In this document: in pieces, positions 1-8,280 of the stretch | Numbering within the stretch: the stretch's first letter is position 1 | Layout of the letters: every line of letters starts with the position of its first letter | Assembly: GCA_949286115.1 (NCBI GenBank) | Contig: CASEBK010000013.1 | Span: forward strand, 13,677-77,676 | Source: an uncultured Veillonellaceae bacterium | Lineage (GTDB): Bacteria; Bacillota; Negativicutes; Veillonellales; Dialisteraceae | Direction: 5' to 3' | DNA length: 64,000 nucleotides | Program-made: the position numbers and the translations under genes | Notes under the pieces: generated by a model | Databases searched by the model: none | What the model saw: the letters and a program-made list of their open reading frames with translations, nothing else | Told to the model about the DNA's origin: nothing

Positions 1-821
1 TCTTCCTTCACTTCCGCCATGTGCGCTTCCCTGGTGAGCTTGTCCGGATTGAAGATGGCCGTCTTCAGCGGCTCTTCGGCGTATTCCCGGATGGCCTTTT
101 CAATCTCTTCGGGGATCTCCGGGAAGACGAGCTCGCGCTTCGGCTTGCCCACTTCGGCGATGATGGTCTTCTGGAATGCCACCAGCTTTTTGATCTGCTC
201 ATGAGCGAACATGATGGCATCCAGCACTTCTTCTTCGGGGGCTTCCTTCGCGCCGCCCTCTACCATGAGGATGGCGGTCTCGGAGCCGGCGACGGTGATG
301 TTCATCGTAGACGCTTCCAGCTCTTCCTGGGTGGGGTTCACCACGAACTCGCCGTCCACGCGGCCCACGCGCACGCCGGCGATGGGACCGTCCCAGGGGA
401 TGTCGGAAATGGCAAGGGAAGCGGACGCGCCGAGCATGCCGCAGAGCTCGGGGGCGTTGTCATAGTCCACGGAAAGGACGGTGGCCACCACGTGCACGTC
501 GTTGCGGCAGCGCTTGTCGAAGAGCGGACGGATCGGACGGTCAATGAGGCGCGCATTCAGGATGGCGCTGTTGCCCGGGCGGCCTTCGCGGCGCAGGAAT
601 CCGCCGGGCATCTTGCCCACGGCGTACATCTTTTCTTCATAATCGACGGTGAGCGGGAAAAAATCCGTCCCCTCGCGGGCGGTCTTGCTTGCGGTGGACG
701 TCACCAGCACGACGGTGTCGCCGTAGCGCACGAGCACCGCACCGGAAGCCTGCTTCGCCATCTTGCCGGTCTCGATGGTGAGCTCACGGCCGGCCAGTTC
801 CATGGAAAATGTCTTGAACAT
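1..821 (-). CDS. pnp: Polyribonucleotide nucleotidyltransferase (PNPase), N-terminal part; gene runs off the left edge
   Basis: Own minus-strand translation from ATG 821-819 (GAGGAGG RBS 834-828) gives [42 protein letters not shown]...[29 protein letters not shown], the classic PNPase N-terminal RNase-PH domain. It is absent from the ORF track because it has no stop inside the window. The + ORF 21..863 is its antisense shadow. Confidence 0.9.
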   Translation of the reverse strand, partial: MFKTFSMELAGRELTIETGKMAKQASGAVLVRYGDTVVLVTSTASKTAREGTDFFPLTVDYEEKMYAVGKMPGGFLRREGRPGNSAILNARLIDRPIRPLFDKRCRNDVHVVATVLSVDYDNAPELCGMLGASASLAISDIPWDGPIAGVRVGRVDGEFVVNPTQEELEASTMNITVAGSETAILMVEGGAKEAPEEEVLDAIMFAHEQIKKLVAFQKTIIAEVGKPKRELVFPEIPEEIEKAIREYAEEPLKTAIFNPDKLTREAHMAEVKE

Positions 822-1139
822 CTCGTTCCTCCTCTTCATTCTCTATCTCTTTTTTATCTATAAAAAATATTATAACACAGCGCGCCGCCGCGATGGAAAG
901 AAAATCCCCGCGCCTCTTCCATTTCCTGCCGCTCGGGAAAAGGGACAAAGGACCGCACACGTTTCAAATGCGGCGCGCGCCGCCAAAAAGGTCTCCCGCC
1001 TCCTCCGCCCTCTTCGTCCCTGCTGCCCTCCGAAGGCGCGAAAAATGCGGAGCCGCCCGCGCACTGGCCGCTCCGCAAAGCTCCGCGCCCTGCAAAAGCC
1101 CACGCAAAAAGCACCCGCCTCTGCGAGTGCTCTGCGTCT

Positions 1140-3107
1140 CTATGGTGTGAAGTGGACGGCCACATCCGTGCCGCGCTCGACCGTCGTCCAGGGCGGCGGG
1201 TCTTGGCTGTCCGCAAAGCCCGAGCCGTCCGGCCGGAAGCCGAGGCCCGCCCGGGTGGTCCACTCGCCCACGTCGCGCATGGACCAGCCGCGGAAGTCGG
1301 GCACGGTGACGGTCTCCGCCCCTTCGTCGGGAAGCGCGGGGAGCGCCGCTTCCGGTGCCTCCGCTGCCGCCGTTTCCCGGCCGGAGCGGTCTTCCTCGAT
1401 GGCATGAATGCCCATGTAGCGCATGGTCTGGCCCATGATCTCCGCAAAGACCGGCGCGGCCACCATGCCGCCGTAGTACATGCCCTGTGGGTCGTCCAGC
1501 ACGACGAGGCAGATCGCCTGCGGGTCTTCCGTAGGGCCGAAGCCGCAGAAGGAAGCGATGTACTCTCCTTCGAGGTAGCCCCCTTTGACGGGATCGATCT
1601 TCTGGGCGGTGCCCGTCTTGCCGCCCATGTGGTAGCCCGGCACGCGGGCGTTGCCGCCGCCCCCTTCGGAGACTTCCTTCTCCATCATGTCCTTCACCGT
1701 GTCGGCCACAGTCTGCGACACCGGCGTCCCCGCGGCCTCCACGGGCGTTTCTTTGTAGACGGAGCCGTCGGGATTTCTGATGGAGGCGATGAGGTGGGGC
1801 CGCACCATGTACCCGCCATTTGCGATGGCGCTGTAGGCCTGCACCATCTGGAGCGGCGTCACGGCGATGCCCTGCCCGATGGACATGGACGCCACGTCGA
1901 TGGGGCGCATCTCTTTCGGGTCGAAGAGAATGCCGTCCCCCTCGCCGGGGAGCTCGACGCCCGTGGCTTTGCCGAAGCCGAAGCGCTGGGCGTACTGCGT
2001 GAGGATGTCCCCGCCTGTGAGGAGCCCGATGTGCGCGAAGCCCGTATTGATGGAGAATTTCAGGATGTCCACCATGCGCACGTCGCCGTAGGATTCGTCG
2101 TCCCAATTTCTCACGGCGTGGCCGGAGGCGACGATCTCCCCGGGGTCGTGCCAGACCGTATCCGTGGAGTAGGTCCCCGCGTCGAGGGCGGCCGCCGCCA
2201 CGATGGGCTTGAAGGTGGAGCCCGGCTCGTAGATATCCACCACGGCGCGGTTCTTAAATTCATTTTCCGTGGCGTAGTAGAAATGGTTCGGATCGTAGGA
2301 CGGGCGGTTCACCATGGCCAAGATGCCCCCCGTCTTCGGGTCCATGACGATGACGATGCCCCCCTGGGCCTTCGTCGTGGCCATGGCCCGGTCGAGGGCG
2401 CGCTCGGCGAAGAACTGGATGCTCTCGTCGATGGTGAGGTACACCGCCTTCCCTTCTTTGCCAAGGTACGGCGCCATGGTGGAGTGGAGGATGGGGTTCC
2501 CCCGGGCGTCCATGAGGAGGAGCTGCCGGTTCATGCCCCCGCGGATGAGATCGTCCAGCGATTTCTCCAGCCCGTCAAGCCCCCGGCCGTCGATGCCCAC
2601 GAAGCCCAGCACGTTTGCGAGGAGCCCGCCGTTCGGATAGTAGCGCTTGCTCTCGTCCACGAAGCCGAAGCCTTTCATCTTATGCTCTTTGAGCGCGGCC
2701 TTCACCGCGGCGGTCATATCCGGGTCCATGACGCGCTCGAGCCACACGAAGCGGGTGTCCCGGCTCATCTTCTCCGTGAGCGTTTCCTTATTGATATGAA
2801 GGAGCGGTGCCAGCACCTCCGCCGCCTCGCCGGGCGCCACGTTCAGCATGCCCGGGTCCACATAGAGGGACTTCACCATGATGGAGAAGGCGAGCTGCTT
2901 CCCATTGCGGTCGTAGATGGTGCCCCGCGGCGAGTAGAGCTCCTGCATGTCCCTCGTCTGGCGGAGGCTCCACGCGGCGTAGCGGTCATGCTGCACGAGC
3001 TGCACCCACGCAAGGCGGATCAGCACGGCGAGCGCGCAGCCGAGGAAGACGAGGAGCAGCACTGCCCCGCGGGTGTGGACGCCCCGAAGGAAACGGTCAG
3101 TCTTCAT
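1140..3107 (-). CDS. Class B penicillin-binding protein (FtsI/SpoVD/PBP2B-type transpeptidase) with C-terminal PASTA-like domain
   Basis: 655-aa ORF with an N-terminal membrane anchor and transpeptidase motifs STFKP (SxxK), SIN (SxN) and KTGTA (KTG). The C-terminal tail VTVPDFRGWSMRDV... resembles a PASTA repeat. Confidence 0.88.
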   Translation of the reverse strand: MKTDRFLRGVHTRGAVLLLVFLGCALAVLIRLAWVQLVQHDRYAAWSLRQTRDMQELYSPRGTIYDRNGKQLAFSIMVKSLYVDPGMLNVAPGEAAEVLAPLLHINKETLTEKMSRDTRFVWLERVMDPDMTAAVKAALKEHKMKGFGFVDESKRYYPNGGLLANVLGFVGIDGRGLDGLEKSLDDLIRGGMNRQLLLMDARGNPILHSTMAPYLGKEGKAVYLTIDESIQFFAERALDRAMATTKAQGGIVIVMDPKTGGILAMVNRPSYDPNHFYYATENEFKNRAVVDIYEPGSTFKPIVAAAALDAGTYSTDTVWHDPGEIVASGHAVRNWDDESYGDVRMVDILKFSINTGFAHIGLLTGGDILTQYAQRFGFGKATGVELPGEGDGILFDPKEMRPIDVASMSIGQGIAVTPLQMVQAYSAIANGGYMVRPHLIASIRNPDGSVYKETPVEAAGTPVSQTVADTVKDMMEKEVSEGGGGNARVPGYHMGGKTGTAQKIDPVKGGYLEGEYIASFCGFGPTEDPQAICLVVLDDPQGMYYGGMVAAPVFAEIMGQTMRYMGIHAIEEDRSGRETAAAEAPEAALPALPDEGAETVTVPDFRGWSMRDVGEWTTRAGLGFRPDGSGFADSQDPPPWTTVERGTDVAVHFTP

Positions 3108-4587
3108 GGCCGTGGCGCTTTCTGTACCGCGCCGCCGCTTTCGCCAGCGCCTCCGGATCGTTTGCCAGCGCGCCTGACTGCACGCGGAAGAGGAGGTTCT
3201 GCATGCCCTCCGCCGTGACCGGCCCCAGCGCCTCGATGGTGCGCCTGTCGTAGCAGAGCTCCTTTGCCGTCACGGGGATGGACGCCGCCACGTCGGCCAT
3301 GCACGCGCCGAAAGCGCTGTGCCCCTCCGTCGCCGAGTAAGGCCGGCCGCAGCCGATGATGTCCGCATTGCAGAGAGCGGTCATCCTGTGGATGGCGTCC
3401 ACCAGCTCCGCCTGCGTGGGAAACGCCTTCTCCCGGGCGAGCCGCCGCACCCACTTCACTACGTCCGCTTCCTCTACGTTTGCGAAATAGTGAAATTTCA
3501 TATGATTCGCCACGAGCCACGTGATGAGGCGGACCTCCTTCTCCGGGAAGCGCCACCGCCGGAGGAGCGCCTCTGCCATCTCCGCGCCCTTCTGGTCGTG
3601 GCCGTAGTCGGTGATCTTCTCCCCCTCCACGCGGCGCACGCCGGGCATGCCCTTCGCCACATCGTGGAGGAGCGCCGCCCACCGCACGATGCGCTCCGCC
3701 GGGGCCGCCTCCACCACGGCCAGCGTGTGATACCATGCATCGTATTTGTGAAACTCTTTCATCTGCGGCACGCCCACGAGGTGCGTGAGCTCCGGCAGCA
3801 CCGCCACCGCCCGGTCCTCTCCGTGCTCCCGCACGCGGCACGCTGTATCCGCAAGGCCCGACCGGACCAGCAGGTCCAGTCCCCGCCCGGCGTGAGGCGT
3901 CACGAGGAGCCGGTCCACCTCCGCCTTCACCCGCTCGAGCGACAGCCCTGCCACACGGGGAAAGGCCCCCGCCATGCCCTCCACGAGCGAAGCGTCGGCC
4001 ATGAAGTCCAGCTGCCCCAGGAAGCGGCACGCCCGGAAGAGGCGCAGCGCATCCTCGCGGAAACGCTCCGCCGCCTCTCCCACCGTGCGGAGCTTCTTTG
4101 CCGAAAGGTCACGCAGGCCGCCGAACTCGTCAATGAGCTCGCCGTCCGCACGGAGCGCCATGGCGTTCACCGTGAAATCCCGCCGGGAGAGGTCCTCCCG
4201 GAGCGTATCCGCGAAGGTCACCCTCTCCGGGCGATGGGCGTCCGCGCCGTACATCTCGCTGCGAAAGGTGGTCACCTCATAATTTGTCCCCCCGTACACG
4301 GCGATGATCGTGCCGAAGCGCCGCCCGCCGCCGTCCACGGCACGCACCCCCGCCGCTTCGAGCGCCGCCGCCGTCTCCGAAGGCCTGGCCGATGTGGTGA
4401 TATCCCAGTCGTGCGGAGAAAGGCCCATGGCGAGATCGCGCACGCAGCCTCCCACGAGGTACGCCTCATGGCCCGCGCGGAGAAGACTCTGCATCACAAA
4501 AAGAGCGCCCTCATCGACGCGCGCCAGCCGCTCCTCCGGCGCGAGCCGCCTGAAGTCCTTCCGCCTGAACAGATCTCTCAGCCCCAT
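3097..4587 (-). CDS. cca: CCA-adding tRNA nucleotidyltransferase / poly(A) polymerase family with HD domain
   Basis: 496 aa with the GGCVRD nucleotidyltransferase motif near the N-terminus, an RRDFTVNA motif and a later HD-type LLHDVAKG. GGAGGG RBS precedes the ATG; overlaps the PBP start by 11 nt. Confidence 0.85.
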   Translation of the reverse strand: MGLRDLFRRKDFRRLAPEERLARVDEGALFVMQSLLRAGHEAYLVGGCVRDLAMGLSPHDWDITTSARPSETAAALEAAGVRAVDGGGRRFGTIIAVYGGTNYEVTTFRSEMYGADAHRPERVTFADTLREDLSRRDFTVNAMALRADGELIDEFGGLRDLSAKKLRTVGEAAERFREDALRLFRACRFLGQLDFMADASLVEGMAGAFPRVAGLSLERVKAEVDRLLVTPHAGRGLDLLVRSGLADTACRVREHGEDRAVAVLPELTHLVGVPQMKEFHKYDAWYHTLAVVEAAPAERIVRWAALLHDVAKGMPGVRRVEGEKITDYGHDQKGAEMAEALLRRWRFPEKEVRLITWLVANHMKFHYFANVEEADVVKWVRRLAREKAFPTQAELVDAIHRMTALCNADIIGCGRPYSATEGHSAFGACMADVAASIPVTAKELCYDRRTIEALGPVTAEGMQNLLFRVQSGALANDPEALAKAAARYRKRHGHED

Positions 4588-4726
4588 GGCCTTCCCTCCT
4601 TTCGATTTCCCCTATCATAAACGATTCCCCCCATTTCTTCAAACGAAGGCGCGCAAAGGAAAAGCGCCCCCGAAGGAGCGCTGCCATGTAAAGAAAAAAG
4701 GCGCTTCCAGAGAAGCACCTTTCGTG

Positions 4727-4803
4727 TGGTGGGACTATTGTGATTCGAACACAAGACCTCTTCGATGTCAACGAAGCGCTCTAACCAGCTGAGCTATAAC
4801 CCC
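4727..4803 (-). tRNA. tRNA-Val (anticodon GAC)
   Basis: Minus-strand read GGGGTTATAGCTCAGCTGGTTAGAGCGCTTCGTTGACATCGAAGAGGTCTTGTGTTCGAATCACAATAGTCCCACCA folds as a cloverleaf. Anticodon loop TTGACAT, T-loop TTCGAAT, discriminator A, encoded CCA. Confidence 0.95.
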
Positions 4804-4820
4804 ATGTGATTACGAAAATG

Positions 4821-4849
4821 ATTATACCATGAGGGGCGTGCTTCGTCAA
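4821..4849 (-). promoter_or_regulatory. Sigma-A type promoter for tRNA-Val
   Basis: Minus strand TTGACG (4849-4844), 17 nt spacer, TGgTATAAT with TATAAT at 4826-4821, about 17 nt upstream of the tRNA 5' end. Confidence 0.7.
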
Positions 4850-4882
4850 CAGGGTGTAAAAAGTTTTTCAAAAGGTCCGCTC

Positions 4883-5398
4883 TCACCAGTCTTCGGGCAC
4901 TTCGGGAAGGCGTCCCACGACGGTCATGGCGATGTCGATGTCCGAGAGGAGCGCGCCGCTCTCGCCGATGATCTCGCCGCGGAGGGTAAGGAGGCGGCCG
5001 CCGTTGTGGCGGATCGCGCCGTGGAGGCGGAGGGTGCCGCTGATGGGATGGGACTTCACGAAGTTCATAGAAAGGTGCGTGGTGACCGCCGATCTCCCCA
5101 CGCCCGCGATGAGGCCGAGGGACATGGCATCGGCCATCGCCGCAAGGATGCCGCCGTAGAGGAAACCGCCGGAGTTGGTGTAGTCTGCCCGGACGGGCAT
5201 GGAGAGCCAGATCTCTCCGCGGCGCACGTCGTCCACGCGGACGCAGAGGAGCTCGTGCACGGCGCGGTGCGTGGTATAGAGCCAGCGGATGTAGTCCGGC
5301 ATGAGCGCGGGAGGCACGCGGAAGGCTTCGCCGCGCCGCGCGGTCTCAATGAGTTCGTCTATGGTCACAGGGATCTTCTCCTTTCTTTTTCTTTTCAT
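4883..5398 (-). CDS. PaaI/hotdog-fold acyl-CoA thioesterase family protein
   Basis: Track ORF 4883..5425. Contains the ...GGFLYGGILAAMADAMSLG... core typical of PaaI thioesterases. Start is uncertain: TTG at 5425 or ATG at 5398, neither with a strong RBS. Confidence 0.7.
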   Translation of the reverse strand: MKRKRKEKIPVTIDELIETARRGEAFRVPPALMPDYIRWLYTTHRAVHELLCVRVDDVRRGEIWLSMPVRADYTNSGGFLYGGILAAMADAMSLGLIAGVGRSAVTTHLSMNFVKSHPISGTLRLHGAIRHNGGRLLTLRGEIIGESGALLSDIDIAMTVVGRLPEVPEDW

Positions 5399-5651
5399 TG
5401 TAACGGGACCGGCTTTTCTGTGCAATGGGGAAGAGCGCGCTTCCCTGCCGCGGGAGACTCTGCCGCATACACATGGAGCACCGCGATGCGATGCGGGTGC
5501 GCATGACGGCGCGGAGGATGACGAAGCTGTCAGTACGGGCTTCTATTACGAAGAGAATGTTTCTCTTCATGGTGGGGCGAACCCACATCACAAAGAGGAC
5601 GTATCTCTCATTTACGTCTGTTCCCGATTTTGGAACACGAGCCCCATGGTC

Positions 5652-5691
5652 GCTTCATTTCTTCCTTCGCCGCCGAAGGAAGAAACGAAGC
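5652..5691. other. Long near-perfect hairpin (19 bp stem, one mismatch, 4-nt loop)
   Basis: GCTTCATTTCTTCCTTCG-ccgc-CGAAGGAAGAAACGAAGC. No U-run follows on either strand, so it is not a canonical terminator. Confidence 0.7.
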
Positions 5692-5726
5692 AAAGAAGGA
5701 AGAGCGCCGCCCGATCACTCCGCCCT

Positions 5727-5816
5727 GAAAGTCTGGCCGGTCGCTACCTTCGCTTAACTCGCTCGCTGCGCTCGCTCAAACAAGCGCTCCGGCTTAACGC
5801 CACCGGCCAGACTTTC
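5727..5816. repeat. 15-bp perfect inverted repeat enclosing 60 nt
   Basis: GAAAGTCTGGCCGGT (5727-5741) is the exact reverse complement of ACCGGCCAGACTTTC (5802-5816). The interior contains a further GCGCT/AGCGC stem. Confidence 0.65.
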
Positions 5817-6258
5817 TCCCTTCGGGCATCGGGCTCCGTTCAAACGGGCGGGGAGCTGTACCAGTGCTGAGCTTGGGTCGCGCATTTACAATGCGCATCC
5901 CTCATGCTGGCGTATCTCCTTATGGGGACGCGGCCCACATCACGACACAAATGGCATCGAAGCTGTCAATGCAGATCTCATTATAAAGCACGACAAATGT
6001 GACAGGCGGAGCGTTCCCCACCGCGGGGAGCCTGCTTTGGGTTCCTTTCGAGAGCAGCGCTCCACCACGACGCAAACGCTATTGAAGCTGTCAGTACAGA
6101 CTTCATCACGATGCGCAGCAAATGCGGCCGGCGGAGCGATTCCCCATACGAATCCTTCTCTGTTTTTCTTTTGTCTGCGGCGTTCCTCATGATGAGACGA
6201 TGCTTCATGCGGGGCGGCCCCCTATCTCGGCTTATGTGACAGCACTGTTTCTGCACGC

Positions 6259-6298
6259 AAAAAAGGAACCCGGCGTTTCGCTTCAGGTTCCTTTTTTT
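6259..6298 (-). terminator. Rho-independent terminator after tRNA-Glu (symmetrical, could act both ways)
   Basis: A-run, GGAACC (6265-6270) ... GGTTCC (6286-6291), then T7 (6292-6298). Confidence 0.65.
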
Positions 6299-6300
6299 CA

Positions 6301-6376
6301 TGGTGACCGGTATGGGATTCGAACCCATACTCTCTGCGCTGAGAACGCAGCGTCTTAACCGTTTGACTAACCGGCC
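6301..6376 (-). tRNA. tRNA-Glu (anticodon CUC)
   Basis: Minus-strand read GGCCGGTTAGTCAAACGGTTAAGACGCTGCGTTCTCAGCGCAGAGAGTATGGGTTCGAATCCCATACCGGTCACCA. Anticodon loop TTCTCAG, encoded CCA. Confidence 0.93.
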
Positions 6377-6387
6377 ATGTGATACGT

Positions 6388-6416
6388 ATTATACCCGGCC
6401 GGTCTGGAAATTGCAA
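6388..6416 (-). promoter_or_regulatory. Sigma-A type promoter for tRNA-Glu
   Basis: Minus strand TTGCAA (6416-6411), 17 nt spacer, TATAAT (6393-6388). Confidence 0.65.
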
Positions 6417-6430
6417 GGGCTTTTTCCGAT

Positions 6431-7210
6431 TTATTTCCGATCGCTCTTATTTTTCTGGTAGAGGAGGAGCAGTCCTTCGAGAGTGAGCATGGGATCAACG
6501 ATATCGATGGTGGTGCTGCCCGAGGAGATGAGCGGCGCGAGGCCTCCGGTGGCGATGACGGTGATGTCCGGCAGGCCCAGCTCTTCTTTGATGCGGTTCA
6601 CGATGCCGTCGATCTGGCCGACGAAGCCGTAGTAGATGCCGGCCTGCATGGCGCTCACGGTGTTCTTGCAGATGCAGGAGGGCACCTTCTTGAGCTCGAT
6701 GCGGGGAAGCTTCGAGGCGCGCTGGAAGAGGGCTTCCATGGAGATGCCGATGCCCGGGGCGACGGACCCGCCCAGGTACTGGCTCTTCTCGTTGATGACG
6801 CAGAAGGTGGTGGCGGTGCCCATGTCGATGATGATGGCCGGGCCGCCGTATTTGTTGATGACTGCCACGGCGTTGACGATGCGGTCGGCGCCGAGCTCTT
6901 TCGGATTGTCGTAGAGGATGTTCATCCCCGTCTTGATGCCCGGTCCCACGAGGAGCGGGTTCACGTGGAAGTACCGCTTGGAGAGGGTCTGAAGGATGGG
7001 GATGATGGGCGGCACGACGGTGGAGATGATCACGTCTTCCACTTCGCTGAAGTGAAGGCCGTTCAGCTGGAAGAGCATGCCCAGCTGGACGGCGTAGCCG
7101 TCGGCGGTCTGGAGGGTATTGGTGGCGATGCGCCAGTGATCGAGGAGCTCGTCATCCCGATACACGCCGCACACGATGTTGGTATTGCCTACGTCAAAAG
7201 CAAGAAGCAT
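6431..7210 (-). CDS. coaX: Type III pantothenate kinase
   Basis: MLLAFDVGNTNIVCGVY... N-terminus, ADRIVNAV and a GGxA-type C-terminal motif ATGGLA. I place the start at ATG 7210 (GGGAGG RBS) rather than the track start at 7267. Confidence 0.9.
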   Translation of the reverse strand: MLLAFDVGNTNIVCGVYRDDELLDHWRIATNTLQTADGYAVQLGMLFQLNGLHFSEVEDVIISTVVPPIIPILQTLSKRYFHVNPLLVGPGIKTGMNILYDNPKELGADRIVNAVAVINKYGGPAIIIDMGTATTFCVINEKSQYLGGSVAPGIGISMEALFQRASKLPRIELKKVPSCICKNTVSAMQAGIYYGFVGQIDGIVNRIKEELGLPDITVIATGGLAPLISSGSTTIDIVDPMLTLEGLLLLYQKNKSDRK

Positions 7211-7311
7211 AGAAACCTCCCTGATGCAGGGCGCGCCCTGCCGCAGCGGATGGCGCTGCGAAATCAAAACAAATCTCCTGTATCATGATATATCCGGCCC
7301 GTTCTGTCAAG

Positions 7312-7512
7312 TCAGTACCGCACGCCATAGCGGCGCTTCAGGGCTTCGATGTCGGCGCGCATGGCTTCGTCGCTCTCGCGGCGCTCTTTCTCCCCCGAAA
7401 GGGCCGCCCGTCTTGCCGCGGCGGCGCGGTAGATGCGGGCGAGCTCTTCTTTGTAGGCCCGCATGAGCGCGGCCAGCTCTTCTTCGGACAGCGTTTCGTT
7501 CTCTTCGTCCAT
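7312..7512 (-). CDS. Small hypothetical protein (66 aa, charged, predicted helical)
   Basis: ATG preceded by AAGGAGA RBS. Sequence MDEENETLSEEELAALMRAYKEELARIYRAA... has no family I recognise. Coding status is unproven. Confidence 0.4.
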   Translation of the reverse strand: MDEENETLSEEELAALMRAYKEELARIYRAAAARRAALSGEKERRESDEAMRADIEALKRRYGVRY

Positions 7513-7558
7513 GAGGCATCTCCTTTATTTTTCTCTTATTGTATCATACGGGGATGAG

Positions 7559-7587
7559 TTGAGGAATTTGGCGGGGTATGGTATAAT
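7559..7587 (+). promoter_or_regulatory. Sigma-A type promoter for tRNA-Arg
   Basis: TTGAGG (7559-7564), 17 nt spacer, TGgTATAAT with TATAAT at 7582-7587, about 20 nt before the tRNA. Confidence 0.7.
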
Positions 7588-7607
7588 TTATTTCGTTAAA
7601 TCCCCAT

Positions 7608-7682
7608 GCGCCTATAGCTCAGGGGATAGAGCACTGGTCTCCGGAACCAGGTGCGAGGGTTCGAATCCCTCTAGGCGCTCCA
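7608..7682 (+). tRNA. tRNA-Arg (anticodon CCG)
   Basis: GCGCCTATAGCTCAGGGGATAGAGCACTGGTCTCCGGAACCAGGTGCGAGGGTTCGAATCCCTCTAGGCGCTCCA. Anticodon loop CTCCGGA, encoded CCA. Confidence 0.95.
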
Positions 7683-7689
7683 CACGAGG

Positions 7690-7711
7690 CTGCCCTTCGG
7701 GGCAGTTTTTT
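7690..7711 (+). terminator. Rho-independent terminator after tRNA-Arg
   Basis: CTGCCC-ttcg-GGGCAG followed by TTTTTT. Confidence 0.85.
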
Positions 7712-7805
7712 CGTGCCCTTTTCTGAGGAAGCCACGCGAAAGACCGCCGCCCGCAGGAGAAGGCTCATGCCTTTTCCGCGGGCGGCGGTCTTTTTGTGGT
7801 GCGCG

Positions 7806-8279
7806 TCAATCGTAGCGCTGCTCTTTGATGCGCCGATCCAGGTCGCGCTTGGCCGCGCGGGCGGCCATGTCCTGGCGCTTATCGTAGAGCTTCTTCCCCG
7901 TGGCGAGAGCGATCTCGCATTTCACGAGGCCGTGCTTGAAATAGAGCTTGAGCGGGATGAGGGTGTAGCCCTTCGTCTTCAGGGCCTGCTCGATCTTCAG
8001 GATCTCCCGGCGGTGCAGGAGGAGCTTCCGCGTGCGGAGCGGGTCGTGGTTGAAACGGTTGCCCTGCTCGTAGGGACTGATGTGGGCGTTCCACAGGAAG
8101 ACTTCGCCCCGCTCGACTTTGGCGAAGCTGTCCCGGAGATTCACCTTGCCTGCGCGGATGGATTTCACTTCCGTCCCCGTGAGCGCCACTCCCGCCTCAT
8201 AGGTGTCGTGGAGGAAATAGTTGTGGTACGCCTGCCGGTTCACCGCGGCCGGCGGCGCGCCCTGCGTTTTCTTCGCCAT
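7806..8279 (-). CDS. smpB: SsrA-binding protein
   Basis: 157 aa with ...[10 protein letters not shown]...GTEVKS(I)R...HISPY...[15 protein letters not shown]..., the typical SmpB pattern. Lies immediately downstream of rnr. Confidence 0.93.
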   Translation of the reverse strand: MAKKTQGAPPAAVNRQAYHNYFLHDTYEAGVALTGTEVKSIRAGKVNLRDSFAKVERGEVFLWNAHISPYEQGNRFNHDPLRTRKLLLHRREILKIEQALKTKGYTLIPLKLYFKHGLVKCEIALATGKKLYDKRQDMAARAAKRDLDRRIKEQRYD

Positions 8280-8280
8280 C

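Larger units (their letters stand above)
5505..6150. repeat. Degenerate dispersed repeat family inside a noncoding island
   Basis: Core GAAGCTGTCA(G/A)T(A/G)C occurs at 5523, 5959 and 6084. Copies 5934-6033 and 6059-6150 align over ~95 bp at roughly 70% by eye; 5505-5560 is a partial third copy. CCCACATCAC(A/G)A recurs at 5583 and 5934. Confidence 0.6.

Noticed and set aside
4700-6420. Integrated mobile element at the tRNA-Val / tRNA-Glu genes
   Set aside because: There is no integrase, no recombinase and no direct repeat of a tRNA 3' end. Only the unexplained noncoding island is present, reported separately.
5426-7805. Looked for tmRNA (ssrA) near smpB
   Set aside because: Apart from the three tRNAs, no tRNA-like 3' end (T-arm plus ACCA) and no GGGG..GGATTCGAC 5' end is present. 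GGGGACGCGGCCCACATCAC at 5924 lacks the rest of the tmRNA 5' consensus.
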